Shown here piece after piece: positions 1-12,063 of a stretch of DNA of 64,000 nt. The stretch is from the NCBI GenBank assembly GCA_963776275.1, contig CAVZMI010000023.1, positions 256,001 through 320,000 of the forward strand, given 5' to 3'. The notes beneath the pieces were generated by a model, which saw only the letters and a program-made list of their open reading frames with translations, did not search any database and was not told where the DNA came from. This DNA is from Ignavibacteriota bacterium. Lineage in GTDB: Bacteria > Bacteroidota > Ignavibacteria > UBA10030 > CAVZMI01. The position numbers were made by a program, and so were the translations under genes. Position 1 is the first letter of the stretch. The number at the start of each line of letters is the position of its first letter.

Positions 1-780
1 TCAATCTTCTCTAATTCCTTTTGTTTATCTCCGCTTAAATCTAGCTGAAAAAAATCGCTTTGCACCGGAAGGTCGAGGTTATATTTGTATGTGTAGTCCA
101 GCGAGATTATTCCGCCGGTCATCTGGCACCCCAATAAATGCCCGCCCGATTTCTTATCTGCCGATATAAAATGCAGGTGATAACCCGTAGAGCTGATCCC
201 TTTCATATATTCGGGAAGCCAGTAGCCGATGATCGTCCCTTTCAGATTTTCCAGTTCGAAAATCGATTGGTTTTTGACCACATCCGCGAGACGTGAGTAC
301 GGTTTCGTCTGTTTGGGAACACTCCGGGTTTTTACATAACTGAAACCGCCGTCAATTCTTATCGCATAGAAAATATTCTTTGTGGGAAGAAGACTATCGA
401 TGCGAGATAGTAATTCTTTTAAATCCACCGGATATTCGAGCCTGATCTGCATGTCCGGTTCAAAGAAGGTGATCATAGCGAATGGAGTATGTGTACTATT
501 TACGGGTCGATATACTTTTCCGTCCGCTTTAATCTGATAAAAATATCCGTCGATTAAAACCATCTCCCCATCGAGTGTCCTGAAATGTGCCGATGCCGAA
601 ATTTCCGAATTTGCCTAGAATTTGCAATGTGGCGTTTCCTTCAAAAACCCCTTCCTGTAATGCGTTGATTGTTGACGTTTGATAAATCGCATCTTTTTCC
701 CTCTCTTGAGCGATGGATGAAGTAGTAAGAAGAAGGATAAAAACCGTCGAAAATAAGCACACCAGGGTATTTTTTATCAC
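1..780 (-). CDS. budA: Alpha-acetolactate decarboxylase with signal peptide; frameshifts near 578 and 85; runs off the window start
   Basis: YQTSTINALQEGVFEG...GNFGIGTF; the shifted frame continues LDGEMVLIDG...TPFA...RSVPKQTKPY...GYHLHFIS...GGHLL. Confidence 0.85.
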
Positions 781-933
781 TATGAGCTCCTCGTAGTTCT
801 ATAACTTAATAAAAAATCTGTGATTAACAAAGCTGGCGACTATTTAAATAACCGCGGTTTTAAAAAAATCTTTTTGGAAATATATTTTTTTTATGTATGT
901 TATAAAAGGAACATTCATATAAAAGGGGTCACA

Positions 934-1386
934 ATGATCAAGAAAGCCAGAATTAAGGACGGTCCTGAAATTCAAAAACTCATAAATGGACATGCAAAAG
1001 AAGGTAAGATGCTCCAGCGGTCGATTCTTGAGATCTATGAGCGGATACGGGATTACTTTGTATATAGAAAAAATGGACGGGTTGTCGGAGCCGCCGCATT
1101 AGCGATATGCTGGGAAGATCTGGCCGAAATTCGGTCGGTCGCAGTGAAGAATTCGGAATCCGGCAAAGGTATCGGCAAAAAACTCATCGAAGCATGCGAA
1201 GATGAAGCAAGACGGCTGGGAATAAAAAAGGTTTTTGTATTAACATATATACCGGAGTATTTTAGGAGGTTTGGGTACAAGACCGTAAATCGTTCCAAGC
1301 TGCCGCATAAAATCTGGAAAGACTGCATCAACTGTCCGAAATTCCCCGACTGCGGCGAAATACCGATGGTGAAGGAATTAAAATAG
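934..1386 (+). CDS. argA: GNAT N-acetyltransferase, short ArgA-type
   Basis: WEDLAEIRSVAV, GKGIGKKL, LPHKIWKDCINCPKFPDC; start moved to ATG 934. Confidence 0.8.
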   Translation: MIKKARIKDGPEIQKLINGHAKEGKMLQRSILEIYERIRDYFVYRKNGRVVGAAALAICWEDLAEIRSVAVKNSESGKGIGKKLIEACEDEARRLGIKKVFVLTYIPEYFRRFGYKTVNRSKLPHKIWKDCINCPKFPDCGEIPMVKELK

Positions 1387-1479
1387 GTGTAGGTGTCTTC
1401 CTCTCCCCACTTTACGTAAAGACCGCCATGCATGCGGTATTCATCGCTCGTCCCACCGGCGATATCATCCGGAAGGTTT

Positions 1480-1996
1480 CTATTTTTTTATAAATGATTT
1501 CGTTCTTCGATGTTTGAACGATTCGATCCGTTTTTCATCGGGAGTCTTCTGGATCACGCTCACAGTGCCGTCCGCCTCAATAACGGCGATCTTCACTTCT
1601 TCGATGCTTGCAATCCCGTGTTCACGGACTGCGCGCTCAAGCTCTTCTCTGGATATTTTTTCCGCATCGAGGTTTTTTTGTATGATTTTTCCGTTATGGA
1701 TAAGTAGAAGTGGATTGGGCTCAAAAAATTTTTCGGCAGGACGATAACGATACAATACCCATGTTAAAAGATAACTCATAATAAGTAATGTAATAGCGGC
1801 GATGATGCCGCCGATAAGAGAGGTGTCCGGAACCGACCATCGCGTTTTGAACTGCGTTGCTGATAAGTAGAATCAACACCAGGTCGATCAGCGAGAGCTG
1901 GGCAACGTGCCTCTTCCCAAGAATCCGGAGTCCGACCAGGATGACAATATAGATAACAGCAGTACGTCCGACGGTCTCAAGAATTGTCTCGATCAT
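1480..1996 (-). CDS. DUF421/YetF-family membrane protein, frameshifted near 1830
   Basis: GKRHVAQLSLIDLVLILLISNAVQNAM in one frame, AVREHGI...AVIEADGTVSVI in the other. Confidence 0.8.
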
Positions 1997-2008
1997 TGCA
2001 TCAACTCC

Positions 2009-3388
2009 TTACCCCGGTTCTGCATGAATAGTGATTCGCCGGAGCTGTTTGAATTTTTTATAGAGATGGGCTTCCATTTCTGTTAGTACTTCATGGACAT
2101 CCTCGACGGTTTTCGACTTTCCGACCGTACATACCAGGTTCACACGATATCGGGTTCCCTCCTGAAGCAGCGTCAGGTCTGTGCATGCGAGGAAGTTTTT
2201 ATTTTCCAGGATTGTCCGCCTGATCTCATCGCGCAATTTTTGCTCGATTTTTGTGACATCACTCAGAACGATCTCTGAAGGGGAATATTCCTCCATATGA
2301 ATGGTCACTTTTTCAATCGCGGGGATCTCGGCACGAATTTCCTCTTCAAGTTCCGAAGCGATGGTGTGTGCTTCAACGAATGCTTTTCCTTTTTGATATT
2401 CTATGGTAAAATTAACGAGGTATTTTCCGTTCGTGTAGTGGACTTCAAGGTTCCCGGCGGCTCGTAATCCTTTATTGGCAACGATCATCTGGATCCGGTC
2501 AACGATTGTTTCATCATCGCTCCGCAGCGGATCGGCATGAACTATAACATCGATCGACGTATCAATCGAATGGACTGCTCGTTCGATATGTTCCATAATC
2601 TTGTGCGCCTGTTCGAAAGGAATTGTGCGGCGGATGCCGACGGTGACGTCAATAAATACTCTCGCACCTGAAGGGCGTACACGAAGACTGATCAGCTTCT
2701 CGACTCCATTGACTGCTTTTATAGCAGCTTCGACTTTTTCGGATAGTCCGGCCGGAACACGATCCATTAAGGCGTCAACGGTGCGCCGGCCAAGACGATA
2801 ACTGACGAATAATACGATGAGAGCGACAATAATAGCAGCTATCGCATCGACAGTCGGGTAGCCGAGGGAAACGAATATTAATCCTCCGATCACTGTCAGT
2901 GACGACCAGACGTTGCTCGAGAAGTGCAATGCATCGGCTTCGAGGGCCTGACTATGATGTTTTTTCGCAACGCGGCTTAATGCACGCGAACGGCTGATGT
3001 CGATGATAATAGCAGTACCCATTATAAAGAAGCCCCAGAACGTTGCTTCAACATGAGTTGAACGAATAAATAACCGTTCGACGGCCTCCCAGAGGATCCA
3101 TCCGCAGGTGATGATAAGCAATATCGTCTCGCCCAAGGCCGAGATGTTTTCCATCTTTCCATGACCGTAATTGTGTTCTTCATCCGGAGGTTTATCGGCG
3201 ACGATGACGGCGAAAAAAGTCATCAACGCTGCAATGAGGTCAAGCGCCGAGTGAGCCGCTTCCGAGAGTATTCCAAGACTGTTGGTCTGTATTCCAATCA
3301 GAAGCTTAAATCCGGTCAGAAATATTGCCGCACCTACGGAACTGAGCGCAATTGCCCTTTTTTCTTGACTGGCCGAAAGAGATTTCAT
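2009..3388 (-). CDS. Cation diffusion facilitator transporter with repeated C-terminal dimerisation domains
   Basis: SEAAHSALD, HNYGHGKMEN, ADALHFSS, three IHxE/DP motifs. Confidence 0.9.
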   Translation of the reverse strand: MKSLSASQEKRAIALSSVGAAIFLTGFKLLIGIQTNSLGILSEAAHSALDLIAALMTFFAVIVADKPPDEEHNYGHGKMENISALGETILLIITCGWILWEAVERLFIRSTHVEATFWGFFIMGTAIIIDISRSRALSRVAKKHHSQALEADALHFSSNVWSSLTVIGGLIFVSLGYPTVDAIAAIIVALIVLFVSYRLGRRTVDALMDRVPAGLSEKVEAAIKAVNGVEKLISLRVRPSGARVFIDVTVGIRRTIPFEQAHKIMEHIERAVHSIDTSIDVIVHADPLRSDDETIVDRIQMIVANKGLRAAGNLEVHYTNGKYLVNFTIEYQKGKAFVEAHTIASELEEEIRAEIPAIEKVTIHMEEYSPSEIVLSDVTKIEQKLRDEIRRTILENKNFLACTDLTLLQEGTRYRVNLVCTVGKSKTVEDVHEVLTEMEAHLYKKFKQLRRITIHAEPG

Positions 3389-3510
3389 AGAATATCTGTG
3401 TGAATACGAAAAACGATTACCGTAATGTAATGAGGATTAGATTAGTATTCAATTCCGTGCAACCGCGTAAGAATTTTTGTACATTAAAAAAACCTATAGT
3501 AGATAACCAT

Positions 3511-6009
3511 ATGAAGGAAATCAAACGAACATATCCCATTGACAGTGTCTTACCGGGGTTATTGAAGGTGTTTCAACGAACGAACAATGTCGTTCTTTCT
3601 GCGCCGCCGGGTGCCGGGAAAACCACCCGGGTTCCCGTTGCACTTCTTGCCTCTGAATGGATGGAAGAAAAAAAGCTTGTGATGCTTGAACCGCGTCGTC
3701 TCGCTGCGCGCCGTGCGGCAGAATTTATGGCGGCTCAGCTTGGCGAATCGGTCGGCCAGACCGTGGGGTATCGAATTCGTGGTGAGACGGTCATCAGCAC
3801 GAACACGCGTATCGAAGTGGTGACGGAAGGAATCCTCACCAGAATGCTTCAACATGACTCTGCACTGCCGAACGTTGCGCTGGTAATCTTCGACGAATTT
3901 CACGAGCGCAGCATTCACGCTGATCTCGGACTTGCACTTACAATAGATGTGCAGGAACACTTGCGTAATGATTTGCATATTCTTGTTATGTCTGCCACAC
4001 TCGATGGTATAACGGTTGCACGTCTGCTCGGTAGTACACAAATAATTGAAAGCAAAGGAGAGAGTTTTCCGGTTGTTACGCAGTACGCGCGTTTCACTTC
4101 GGACAAACCGATTGAAGTCCGTGTCGCTGAGACTGTTGTACGGGCACTTGATAAACAGGAAGGCGATGTGCTGGTATTTCTTCCAGGACGTCGCGAGATT
4201 CGCCGGATGGAAAATCTTCTTTGGGAAAAACGGTTGGCGGAAGAAGTGCTTGTTCATTCTCTCTATGGAGATGCATCGTATCAACAACAAGCAGCGGCAT
4301 TGTCTCCGGCTTGCTCCGGGAAACGCAAGGTAATTCTCTCTACCAGCATTGCGGAAACCAGTCTGACAATTGACGGTGTACGCACGGTCATCGATTCCGG
4401 ATTAGCACGCACTGCCCGTTTTGATGTACGGCGAGGGATGTCGGGCCTGGTGACGATACCCGTTTCAAAAGCTGTTGCCGATCAACGACGCGGACGTGCC
4501 GGACGCCAGCAACCGGGTGTGTGCTATCGTCTTTGGACTGAAGCGGAACACGAAATGCTTCCCGATTATCCTCAGCCGGAAATTAAAACTGCCGATCTTG
4601 CGCCGTTTGCACTGGATCTCGCGCAATGGGGAGCGCCAACCGGTGAAGGATTACGGTTCCTCGATCCGCCGCCTGCTGCGCATCTTTCACAGGCACAGAT
4701 GCTTCTTGCGGATATCGGTGGAGTGGATTCTCTGGGCAAAATCACTACCCATGGACGTGCCATGGCAGAGTTACCTCTCCATCCGCGACTATCGCATATG
4801 GTTTTACGTGGTAGAGAATTGGATCTCGGTAAAATTGCCTGTGACATCGCTGCACTCCTCGAAGAGCGCGACCTCTTTGCGGGAAAAGAAGATACCGACG
4901 TTGACCTTGCATCCCGTTTGCATATGCTGTATGAGACACAAACTGTGGACGAAGGAATTCGTGAACGCATACTATCTCAGTCAAAGAGATTAAGGCGGCT
5001 TGCCGGTATTCATAGTGAATCGAAGGGGAGAGAAGAACACGCACAGGGAATTCTTCTTGCTCTTGTCTACCCTGAGAGGATTGCCCGGCGGCGTGAAAAT
5101 AAAGGCCTCTGTTTTCAAATGGCAAACGGAATGACAGCCGTACTGCCTCGTGGAAGTCTTCTCGCGCGGGAAGAGTTTCTTGCTGTTGGTGAAGTTGACG
5201 GGCTTGGCGCTGAAGTTCGGATTTATCTCGCCGCACCGGTTGCCAAAGAAGACCTGCGGCAGGTTTTTAAAGATACTATAATCGAGGAAGATGATATCCA
5301 CTGGAGTCCTGATGACGAAGCGGTGATCGCGCGGCATGTTCTACGTCATGGCGCGGTTGTTATATCAGCACAGCACATCAGGCCGCAAGGAGAGAAAGTG
5401 ATCTCGGAAATGGTCGACGGAGTAAGAGAGATGGGCTTAGATTGTCTTCCATGGAGTAAGGATTCGCGCTCAATTCAAGAAAGAAGCGAGTGGCTTCGGA
5501 ATTATATTGCGCGCAACGATTGGCCTGATCTCAGCAATGCCACCCTTTTAGAAACGATCGGAGCATGGCTCGCACCGTTTCTCAATAACGTTTGGCGTCG
5601 CGATCAACTTCATAAGATATCTATGGTTGAAATTCTTCGCTCCCGGTTCACGCATAAACAATGGCAGGAACTCGAACGATCCGCACCCTCACATCTCAAA
5701 CTGCCGAGCGGTTCCCGCGTTGCAATCGATTATGCCTCCGGTGAACAGCCCGTTCTCGCCGTGAAGCTGCAGGAATTATTCGGACAGACAGAGACGCCGC
5801 GCATTGTCAATGGTCAGGTTGGAATTGTTTTACATTTGCTCTCCCCGGCATCCCGTCCGCTTGCCGTTACACAAGATCTCCGACGTTTCTGGCAGACGGT
5901 GTATCCGGAGATTCGCGTACAAATGCGCTCCCGCTATCCCAAGCACTTCTGGCCTGACGATCCAATGACTGCAAGACCGACGAACAAACCGGTGAAGCGG
6001 AAAAAATAA
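3511..6009 (+). CDS. hrpB: ATP-dependent helicase HrpB
   Basis: APPGAGKTT, DEFHER, MSAT, STSIAETSLTIDG, QRRGRAGR, RYPKHFWPDDP. Confidence 0.95.
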   Translation: MKEIKRTYPIDSVLPGLLKVFQRTNNVVLSAPPGAGKTTRVPVALLASEWMEEKKLVMLEPRRLAARRAAEFMAAQLGESVGQTVGYRIRGETVISTNTRIEVVTEGILTRMLQHDSALPNVALVIFDEFHERSIHADLGLALTIDVQEHLRNDLHILVMSATLDGITVARLLGSTQIIESKGESFPVVTQYARFTSDKPIEVRVAETVVRALDKQEGDVLVFLPGRREIRRMENLLWEKRLAEEVLVHSLYGDASYQQQAAALSPACSGKRKVILSTSIAETSLTIDGVRTVIDSGLARTARFDVRRGMSGLVTIPVSKAVADQRRGRAGRQQPGVCYRLWTEAEHEMLPDYPQPEIKTADLAPFALDLAQWGAPTGEGLRFLDPPPAAHLSQAQMLLADIGGVDSLGKITTHGRAMAELPLHPRLSHMVLRGRELDLGKIACDIAALLEERDLFAGKEDTDVDLASRLHMLYETQTVDEGIRERILSQSKRLRRLAGIHSESKGREEHAQGILLALVYPERIARRRENKGLCFQMANGMTAVLPRGSLLAREEFLAVGEVDGLGAEVRIYLAAPVAKEDLRQVFKDTIIEEDDIHWSPDDEAVIARHVLRHGAVVISAQHIRPQGEKVISEMVDGVREMGLDCLPWSKDSRSIQERSEWLRNYIARNDWPDLSNATLLETIGAWLAPFLNNVWRRDQLHKISMVEILRSRFTHKQWQELERSAPSHLKLPSGSRVAIDYASGEQPVLAVKLQELFGQTETPRIVNGQVGIVLHLLSPASRPLAVTQDLRRFWQTVYPEIRVQMRSRYPKHFWPDDPMTARPTNKPVKRKK

Positions 6010-6043
6010 TAATCGATCCATCCGAAGATATGTTCGTTGCACA

Positions 6044-6723
6044 TTATCGTTGACGGGAAGCGATCGAACCGATAGGTTTTCGAATACCGTATGGTTCTCT
6101 TAGCGCTATAAGCTTTTGCACCTGTTCATCATTCAAGGTGGTTACTTTTCCAAGGTTCCGTGCTATAAATATGATATGGGCATAATGCTCAAGTATCTCC
6201 ATTTTGTAATATGCACTGAAAACGTCGGAACCAACAGTTAAAGCTCCATGGTTAGCAAGGAGGAAGGCATCGTATTCCTGTAAGAGGGGGAGAAGTGGTT
6301 TATAGAACTCTTCCGTTCCCGTCGTGCCGTACGGAACCAAAGGAATTGTCCCGAGTGTGATAATGACTTCCGGAAGAACGTACTGATCGAGCGGAATGCC
6401 GGCTACTGCAAAACCCGTTGCGTACGGTGGATGGGCATGACAGATACTGTTAACGTCTGGTCTTTCTTTATAAACGTGAAGATGCATAAAGATTTCCGAT
6501 GATGGTTTCTTCTTGCCATTGACAACCTTGCCGTTCATATCGACGGTAATCAGGTCGCTTGGCTTCATAAAACCCTTGCTAACGCCTGTCGGCGTAATAA
6601 GAATGTGTTTCCGGTCAGCCGTGCACTGATATTTCCATCGTTCGATGCAACATATCCGCGCATGTACGTTCTCCTGCCCACCTCAAGAATATCTTTTTTT
6701 AAAGACATCGGATTTTGTTTCAT
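6044..6723 (-). CDS. Class II aldolase/adducin family protein, frameshifted near 6617
   Basis: Upstream frame RGYVASNDGNISAR joins ILITPTG...PSSE...HAHPPYAT...LLANHG. Confidence 0.85.
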
Positions 6724-6870
6724 TGATTATTTTCTTTCTCTCCATTTTCAAAAAAGTTTGCTTGGAGTATTGTAACGGCCTGCGTAATATCCGATTCGTT
6801 AATGACTGTGTACTATTTTCTTTATGATACGCACCCGGAATTCAAAATGCAATTCCCTTACCATTCCGCT

Positions 6871-6912
6871 CAACCTTAACTTTAACCTTTACCTTTACCT
6901 TAACCTTTACCT
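6871..6912. repeat. Degenerate hexamer tandem repeat (AACCTT/TACCTT)
   Basis: caaccttaactttaacctttacctttaccttaacctttacct just downstream of the metY stop. Confidence 0.75.
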
Positions 6913-6918
6913 CTCTCC

Positions 6919-8343
<1,425 letters not shown>

Positions 8344-8347
8344 TTAT

Positions 8348-8386
8348 AAAAAAACCTCTTCCGGAAGAAACGGGAAGAGGTTTTTT
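8348..8386 (-). terminator. Intrinsic terminator of the SAM riboswitch expression platform
   Basis: CCTCTTCC-N10-GGAAGAGG-T7 on the minus strand. Confidence 0.85.
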
Positions 8387-8398
8387 AGGATATTCCTC

Positions 8399-8616
8399 TT
8401 CTCTCATCTTCCCTCGGCTTTGATAGTTTAAATCAAAGTCTTAGCAGGAGTTAGCACCTGGACGTCTCGGGCTTTTATCGGATGAGTGCCCCTCGATCCC
8501 TCCGTCCCGACTTTCAATCAGAACGGGGTCGGATTCGGGACAATCCCTCGTGGAGCTCGGGATCGGTTGCTAAGGTGTCATCGGGCCTGTTCCCTCGACC
8601 TTTCTTGATAAGAGAA
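8399..8616 (-). promoter_or_regulatory. SAM-I (S-box) riboswitch with enlarged P3
   Basis: Minus strand CTCTTATCAAGAAAGGTCGAGGGAACAGGCCCGATGACACCTTAGCAACC...AGGTGCTAACTCCTGC...GAAGATGAGAG, upstream of metY. Confidence 0.93.
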
Positions 8617-8653
8617 TTGCTGTCTTACGTTACTGTGCTTCTATCACAAAAAT

Positions 8654-8685
8654 AAAAAAGCCCTTCGAGTATTCTCATGAAGGGC
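8654..8685 (-). terminator. Attenuator terminator downstream of the leader peptide
   Basis: GCCCTTC-ATGAG-AATA-CTC-GAAGGGC-TTTTTT. Confidence 0.85.
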
Positions 8686-8712
8686 CTTGTAATATATAAA
8701 ATTCCTAAACGG

Positions 8713-8784
8713 TCAAAACCCTCCGTATGAACAACCCATGTCCATGGTCATATCCATTGCGATATTTTGCCGGAGTATTTTCAT
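8713..8784 (-). CDS. Putative Met-sensing leader peptide, 23 aa (MKILRQNIAMDMTMDMGCSYGGF)
   Basis: Hand translation; four internal ATG codons within seven codons; lies between a promoter and a terminator. Confidence 0.75.
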   Translation of the reverse strand: MKILRQNIAMDMTMDMGCSYGGF

Positions 8785-8791
8785 TATATTA

Positions 8792-8820
8792 AATATACAA
8801 TATCGACATACATTTGTCAA
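8792..8820 (-). promoter_or_regulatory. Sigma70-type promoter of the metY leader
   Basis: TTGACA-N17-TATATT, 7 nt before the leader ATG. Confidence 0.8.
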
Positions 8821-8828
8821 GAAAAATT

Positions 8829-11351
8829 TTAAAATTCTATTGTAACTCCACCAACGGGGAAGAATGAATACTGATACACATTTTCCGTTGTGCCGTCGCT
8901 TCGATAGCCGATCGCCAGTACATTCCCCCGGTTATAGAGATTCTGAATAAGTATGAATACTTCGATATTCCATCCGCTCAAATGATATCGACTGATCCAC
9001 TGGAAGTCGAGCCGGTGATAATCGGGATATCGTGCCGAATTGATTTGATCGCCGTCGATCCAGGCTCCCCTGAACCATAACGCGCCTCCGATGCGATACT
9101 GCCTGTCCGTCACGAATACTTTCGGTGTGTACGGACGCCCGGTTTGGTAATGGAATCTGAAGCTGATTTCCATATCGTCGGAAAGAGGGAGAATCATTGT
9201 TGGATATTTAATGAAGAACGGCATATCGTCCAGTGCCGTACGGGTTCCCTTGATGATCTTCCCCATGATGAGCGTGAAGAGATGCGGGTAGTCGTATGTG
9301 AACGGATACCAATCGACCTGCTGTGGGATTCGCGGATCTTGTTCCATTGTTTTCGAATAAGTATAACTGAGCGTGCCGTAATAATCATTGACCTGCTTCT
9401 GCTGGATAAATAGTTCGATCCCGTATGATTTCCGTTTCCCTATGTTGAGGATTTTATCCGACCGAAACGTGTTATCGGCGTCGTAATAAATAAATGACTC
9501 TTCAACAGGGAGTCTATCATAATTTTTGTAATACCCTTCGAGACTCAGTCTTAAGCCTTCATCGAGAATATGCTCGAATCCAATTATATAATGTCGTGAA
9601 TGACTGTTGTCAAGGTTTCGATTATATCCCAGGTTGCGATTGTCTGAATAGAGTGGAAGTGATTGTGTCTGATAGTAATCGCCGTATGCCAGGTTGATTC
9701 GCGTCGTCATCGGTATTAACTCGTACGATAGACTGACCCGTGGACTGAAATTTCCCTTTTCAGAGTAACTAAAATAGTCGTATCGACCGCCAAGAGTCAG
9801 CGTGAATGATGAGTAAATATGAATTTTATCGCTCACATATGCGTACCATTTAGAGTGATCGCCGAATCCATAATTGGTTTCCACGGACCCGGCAGGGAAA
9901 GTTATCGGTCCGGATTCGAATTTACCGTCATGGTTAAGATCGTATCTCATGGTATCAGGAATCCAGTTCACAAGATCATTGAACTTAAATGTGGTCAGAT
10001 ATTGCGCCCCAGCTGAAATTTCATGGGCGGGATGTGGTTGATAGAAAATTTCATACTTCACACCTGTTGCCACTTCAATGGCGTTCATTCTGAACGTTTC
10101 GCGTGAATTTAATATCCGATACTGTGCCACTTCGCCGGATGGGTCAAAGGTTCGGATTACATAATCGTCATTTGTGTTCACGAGATACTGATTCCCAATG
10201 CCGGAAACTGTCAGGACGGAATATCCCTTTGTTCCCCAGAGCCTCTTAAGCGAGAGGCCGAGTGCATACTGCTTGCTGGCAAAATCGAATGATTCGATGG
10301 CTGATGAGTCGGTTTTTCCCGCTTTGGTTACGTCTGATTCTGTCGGTTTCCCTTTCTCTCCGATTTTATCGTCGCCATAAATACCGCTGAAGATAAGCTG
10401 CTGCGAACTGGAGAGATCGTAAACGGCTTTTGCCTGAGCGTCCCAGTACCGCGGGATAGCCGTCAACCCGATCGATGAGATTCCAACAACGTCGTCAAGC
10501 GCTTCGAGAAAACTCTTTCGCGCCGACAGGATCCAGGAGCCTTTACCACCATTGATCCCGCCTTCCATCACGGTACCGAAACCGGCCATATTGAATCCCG
10601 TATTCGAGGCGAACGATCTGTTCCGGTCGCCTTCACGCATTGTGACATTCATGACCGACGACATTTTATCGCCGTAGTTTGCCGGAAATCCGCCGCTTGA
10701 AAACTGGATGTCCTGTATAAGATCGACGTTGACCATGTTGATCGGTCCGCCGGAATTGAACTGGTTCGGATAGTGGTTGGTGGAAGGAATCTCGATGTAA
10801 TCCATGATCGTGAGATTCTCGTTCGGCGATCCGCCGCGGACAATCAGCTCGTTCTGCTGGTCGTTCGAGTTTGCTATACCGGGCAGGTTAGCCACGATGC
10901 GCTGCATATCCTGAATTGATCCGGGAGATCGTTTTACTTCAGCGCCGTCGAGGCCGATCGTGCTTATGGGACTGATCGCACCGGCTCTTCCGAAATAGTC
11001 AGCCTGGACGTTCACACCGGCAAGTGTGAGTGCGTCCTCTTCGAGTTTTATGCTTACTTTGGCACTTCGACCTGTCGAAACGACCACATTCGTAATAACA
11101 GCTGGTTTATAGCCGATCAGTGATATTTTAAGGCTGTATTCTCCGACTTCAATGTTCTTGATGTTGAAATGGCCGCTTGTGTCCGTTGCAGCTCCGAAAG
11201 ATGGTTTTTCAATGACAATAACGTTTACGCCTGAAAGCGGTTCTAGCGTATTACCATCGTGTACCTGACCCGAGATTTCACCCCTTCTTTCCTGAGCGAA
11301 TATTGATGAAAAAAGACATAGTAAGAGAATAAAAAGTTGTAAGTATCGCAT
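8829..11351 (-). CDS. TonB-dependent outer membrane receptor
   Basis: Signal peptide, carboxypeptidase-reg-like N-domain, plug motif LIVRGGSPNEN...GGFPANYG, terminal Phe. Confidence 0.9.
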   Translation of the reverse strand: MRYLQLFILLLCLFSSIFAQERRGEISGQVHDGNTLEPLSGVNVIVIEKPSFGAATDTSGHFNIKNIEVGEYSLKISLIGYKPAVITNVVVSTGRSAKVSIKLEEDALTLAGVNVQADYFGRAGAISPISTIGLDGAEVKRSPGSIQDMQRIVANLPGIANSNDQQNELIVRGGSPNENLTIMDYIEIPSTNHYPNQFNSGGPINMVNVDLIQDIQFSSGGFPANYGDKMSSVMNVTMREGDRNRSFASNTGFNMAGFGTVMEGGINGGKGSWILSARKSFLEALDDVVGISSIGLTAIPRYWDAQAKAVYDLSSSQQLIFSGIYGDDKIGEKGKPTESDVTKAGKTDSSAIESFDFASKQYALGLSLKRLWGTKGYSVLTVSGIGNQYLVNTNDDYVIRTFDPSGEVAQYRILNSRETFRMNAIEVATGVKYEIFYQPHPAHEISAGAQYLTTFKFNDLVNWIPDTMRYDLNHDGKFESGPITFPAGSVETNYGFGDHSKWYAYVSDKIHIYSSFTLTLGGRYDYFSYSEKGNFSPRVSLSYELIPMTTRINLAYGDYYQTQSLPLYSDNRNLGYNRNLDNSHSRHYIIGFEHILDEGLRLSLEGYYKNYDRLPVEESFIYYDADNTFRSDKILNIGKRKSYGIELFIQQKQVNDYYGTLSYTYSKTMEQDPRIPQQVDWYPFTYDYPHLFTLIMGKIIKGTRTALDDMPFFIKYPTMILPLSDDMEISFRFHYQTGRPYTPKVFVTDRQYRIGGALWFRGAWIDGDQINSARYPDYHRLDFQWISRYHLSGWNIEVFILIQNLYNRGNVLAIGYRSDGTTENVYQYSFFPVGGVTIEF

Positions 11352-11945
11352 AGTCTTTGAGAATGTGAATGAGAAGAACTACGGTTAATTGATGGAAATC
11401 ATTAAACTTAATATACGAATAACTTTCGGGAGAAAAAACAATTCACGAATACAATACGTAGAATTAAAATTTAAGTTACATTGAAAATGGATGAAAATAA
11501 AAGACTAGATTGCTTCCCCTCGATGCAGCTAAGTTCCTTTTAATTCTGTCTCGTAAAGAAGGATGATGGGTAGGTTTCCAGGAAAAGAAAAAGAGTTATA
11601 ACCAGACAGGGAAAAGTCTCCGGGGTGATGGTCTCTATTTTTTAAAATGCATTATACATAGCCATTCTCCGTGGCGAAGCTAAGAAGATTTTGACGTAAT
11701 AAATGAGTTTCAACTGGTTGAGCCTTTTTTGGGGGATGTATATCTTGATCTAAGGACTCCGATTTTATGATCACGCTTTGAAATACTGCCAGAAAAACGA
11801 GCTCTCCATAACTCGAGTTTATCATCGATAGTTTATGCGCCCTAATAAGACTCATTAATTTTTTCATTATATCACGCGATTTGTCTGACAAGTAACAAAT
11901 ACCCCTTGCCTTCTGAATCGTTCCTTTGTATATTTTAGAATAATT

Positions 11946-12057
11946 GCGGGAGTAATTTCCCGCCAGTCCCACGGGGAAACGTGGGACGTAAATCTCACTG
12001 GAGATCGTGAGACGGAAAAAACCGAAACACGAGAACGGCGGGACAGGTAGTTCCCGC
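11946..12057 (+). repeat. tRNA-Gly-like shell 1 filled with palindromes
   Basis: GCGGGAG(TAATT)...TTCCCGC enclosing GTCCCAC/GTGGGAC and other hairpins; TTGCCT-N17-TATATT upstream. Confidence 0.6.
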
Positions 12058-12063
12058 GCCGAC

